A stretch of DNA of 64,000 bases from Octopus sinensis (Eukaryota), in NCBI RefSeq assembly GCF_006345805.1, contig NC_043020.1:8246001-8310000 (forward strand), read 5' to 3'. This document shows, in pieces, positions 62,781-64,000 of the stretch. Position 1 is the first letter of the stretch, and every line of letters starts with the position of its first letter. A program made the position numbers and the translations under genes. Under the pieces are notes generated by a model, which saw only the letters and a list, made by a program, of their open reading frames with translations, was not told the origin of the DNA and searched no databases.

Positions 62781-64000
62781 ATAGGAGCAGGAGTGGCTGT
62801 GTGGTAAGTAGCTTGCTAACCAACCACATGGTTCCGGGTTCAGTCCCACTGCATGGCATCTTGGGCAAGTGTCTTCTGCTAAGTCCCCGGGCCAACCAAT
62901 GCCTTGTGAGTGGATTTGGTAGACGGAAACTGAAAGAAGCCTGTCATATATATGTATATATGTATATGTTTGTGTGTCTGTTTGTCCCCCTAGCATTGCT
63001 TGACAACCGATGCTGGTGTGTTTACGTCCTCGTCACTTACCAGTTCGGCAAAAGAGACCGATAAAATAAGTACTGGGCTTACAAAGAATAAGTCCTGGGG
63101 TCGATTTGCTCGACTAAAGGCGGTGCTCCAGCATGGCCGCAGTCAAATGACTGAAACAAGTAAAAGAGTAGAAGAGAGTCCTTTAACAATCTGCTTACAG
63201 ACAATATGACCCTTGATTCCTCTCCCACCTTCCATACCCAAACGTCCCTCCCGGTCATGCAACCTCAACACCTCCTAGAAAACCTCCCTCAGAAACATCC
63301 CCCAAAGAAGTCATGCCAATCTGAATCCCCTCTTCTGACAGCAATAAAAGACCCAACCATCAAGAAAATACCAAATCTCTCCCTTTGAAATTGAACAGCT
63401 CAAACCTTTAACATTGCTACAGATACTAGGCATTACCAACTTTACCTGCTAGAAACAACAGCCAAATCTCTCCCAAATCAGAGTTCCCTGTACACAGAAA
63501 ATAGATGAAATGATCACAGCTGGAATAATACCTTTGACTGGAAAGAAGCACTCCGTCGGTTACGCCGACGAGGGTTCCGGTTGATTTGATCAATGGAACA
63601 GCCTGCTCGTGAAATTAACGTGTAAGTGGCTGAGCACTCCACAGACACATGTACCCTTAACGTAGTTCTCGGGGGATATTTAGCGTGACACAGAGAGTGA
63701 CAAGGCCGGCCCTTTGAAATACAGGTACAACAGAAACAGGAAGTAAGAGTGAGAGAAAGTTGTGGTGAAAGAGTACAACAGGGATCGCCACCATCCCCTG
63801 CCGGAGCCTCGTGGAGCTTTTTAGGTGTTTTCACTCAATAAACACTCACAACGCCCGGTCTGGGAATCGAAACGGCGATCCTACGACCGCGAGTCCGCTG
63901 CCCTAACCACTGCGCCTCCTTTACCTTTGACTATCAATCAGCTCCATCTGGGGTCATGGAACTAAACAACAATCTGTGTCCCCTCTGTATCTTGTCTTCC

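Overview
Eukaryotic, AT- and microsatellite-rich genomic DNA. The tRNA-derived SINE families look like those I recall from octopus (coleoid cephalopod); this is inference and the species cannot be fixed from sequence alone. Two partial, convergent intron-containing genes can be assembled by hand with consistent splice phases. (1) On +, the last five coding exons (7777-12379, 190 aa) of an OXR1/NCOA7/mustard-type TLDc-domain gene, with one GC-AG intron and probably a long spliced 3' UTR. (2) On -, the last three exons (61620-46738, about 200 aa) of a CENP-O/Mcm21-like kinetochore gene. The rest is mostly transposon-derived: tRNA/CORE SINEs, RTE LINE fragments and 3' ends, a Penelope-like element whose GIY-YIG motif is split by an RTE-X-like insertion (6-bp TSD), mariner and piggyBac-type MITEs, and non-autonomous Helitrons. 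The most unusual signal is a set of minimal type I hammerhead-ribozyme motifs with palindromic stem III. One sits behind a tRNA-like Pol III head (27157-27410), two form an inverted pair (58081-58545), one lies downstream of the Penelope element (35563-35649), and one variant lies inside a cluster of long palindromes in (TA)n tracts (22382-23760). Together they suggest a possible Penelope-dependent, ribozyme-carrying SINE or retrozyme system. Most ORFs in the supplied track are repeat artefacts. No database searches or folding programs were run.
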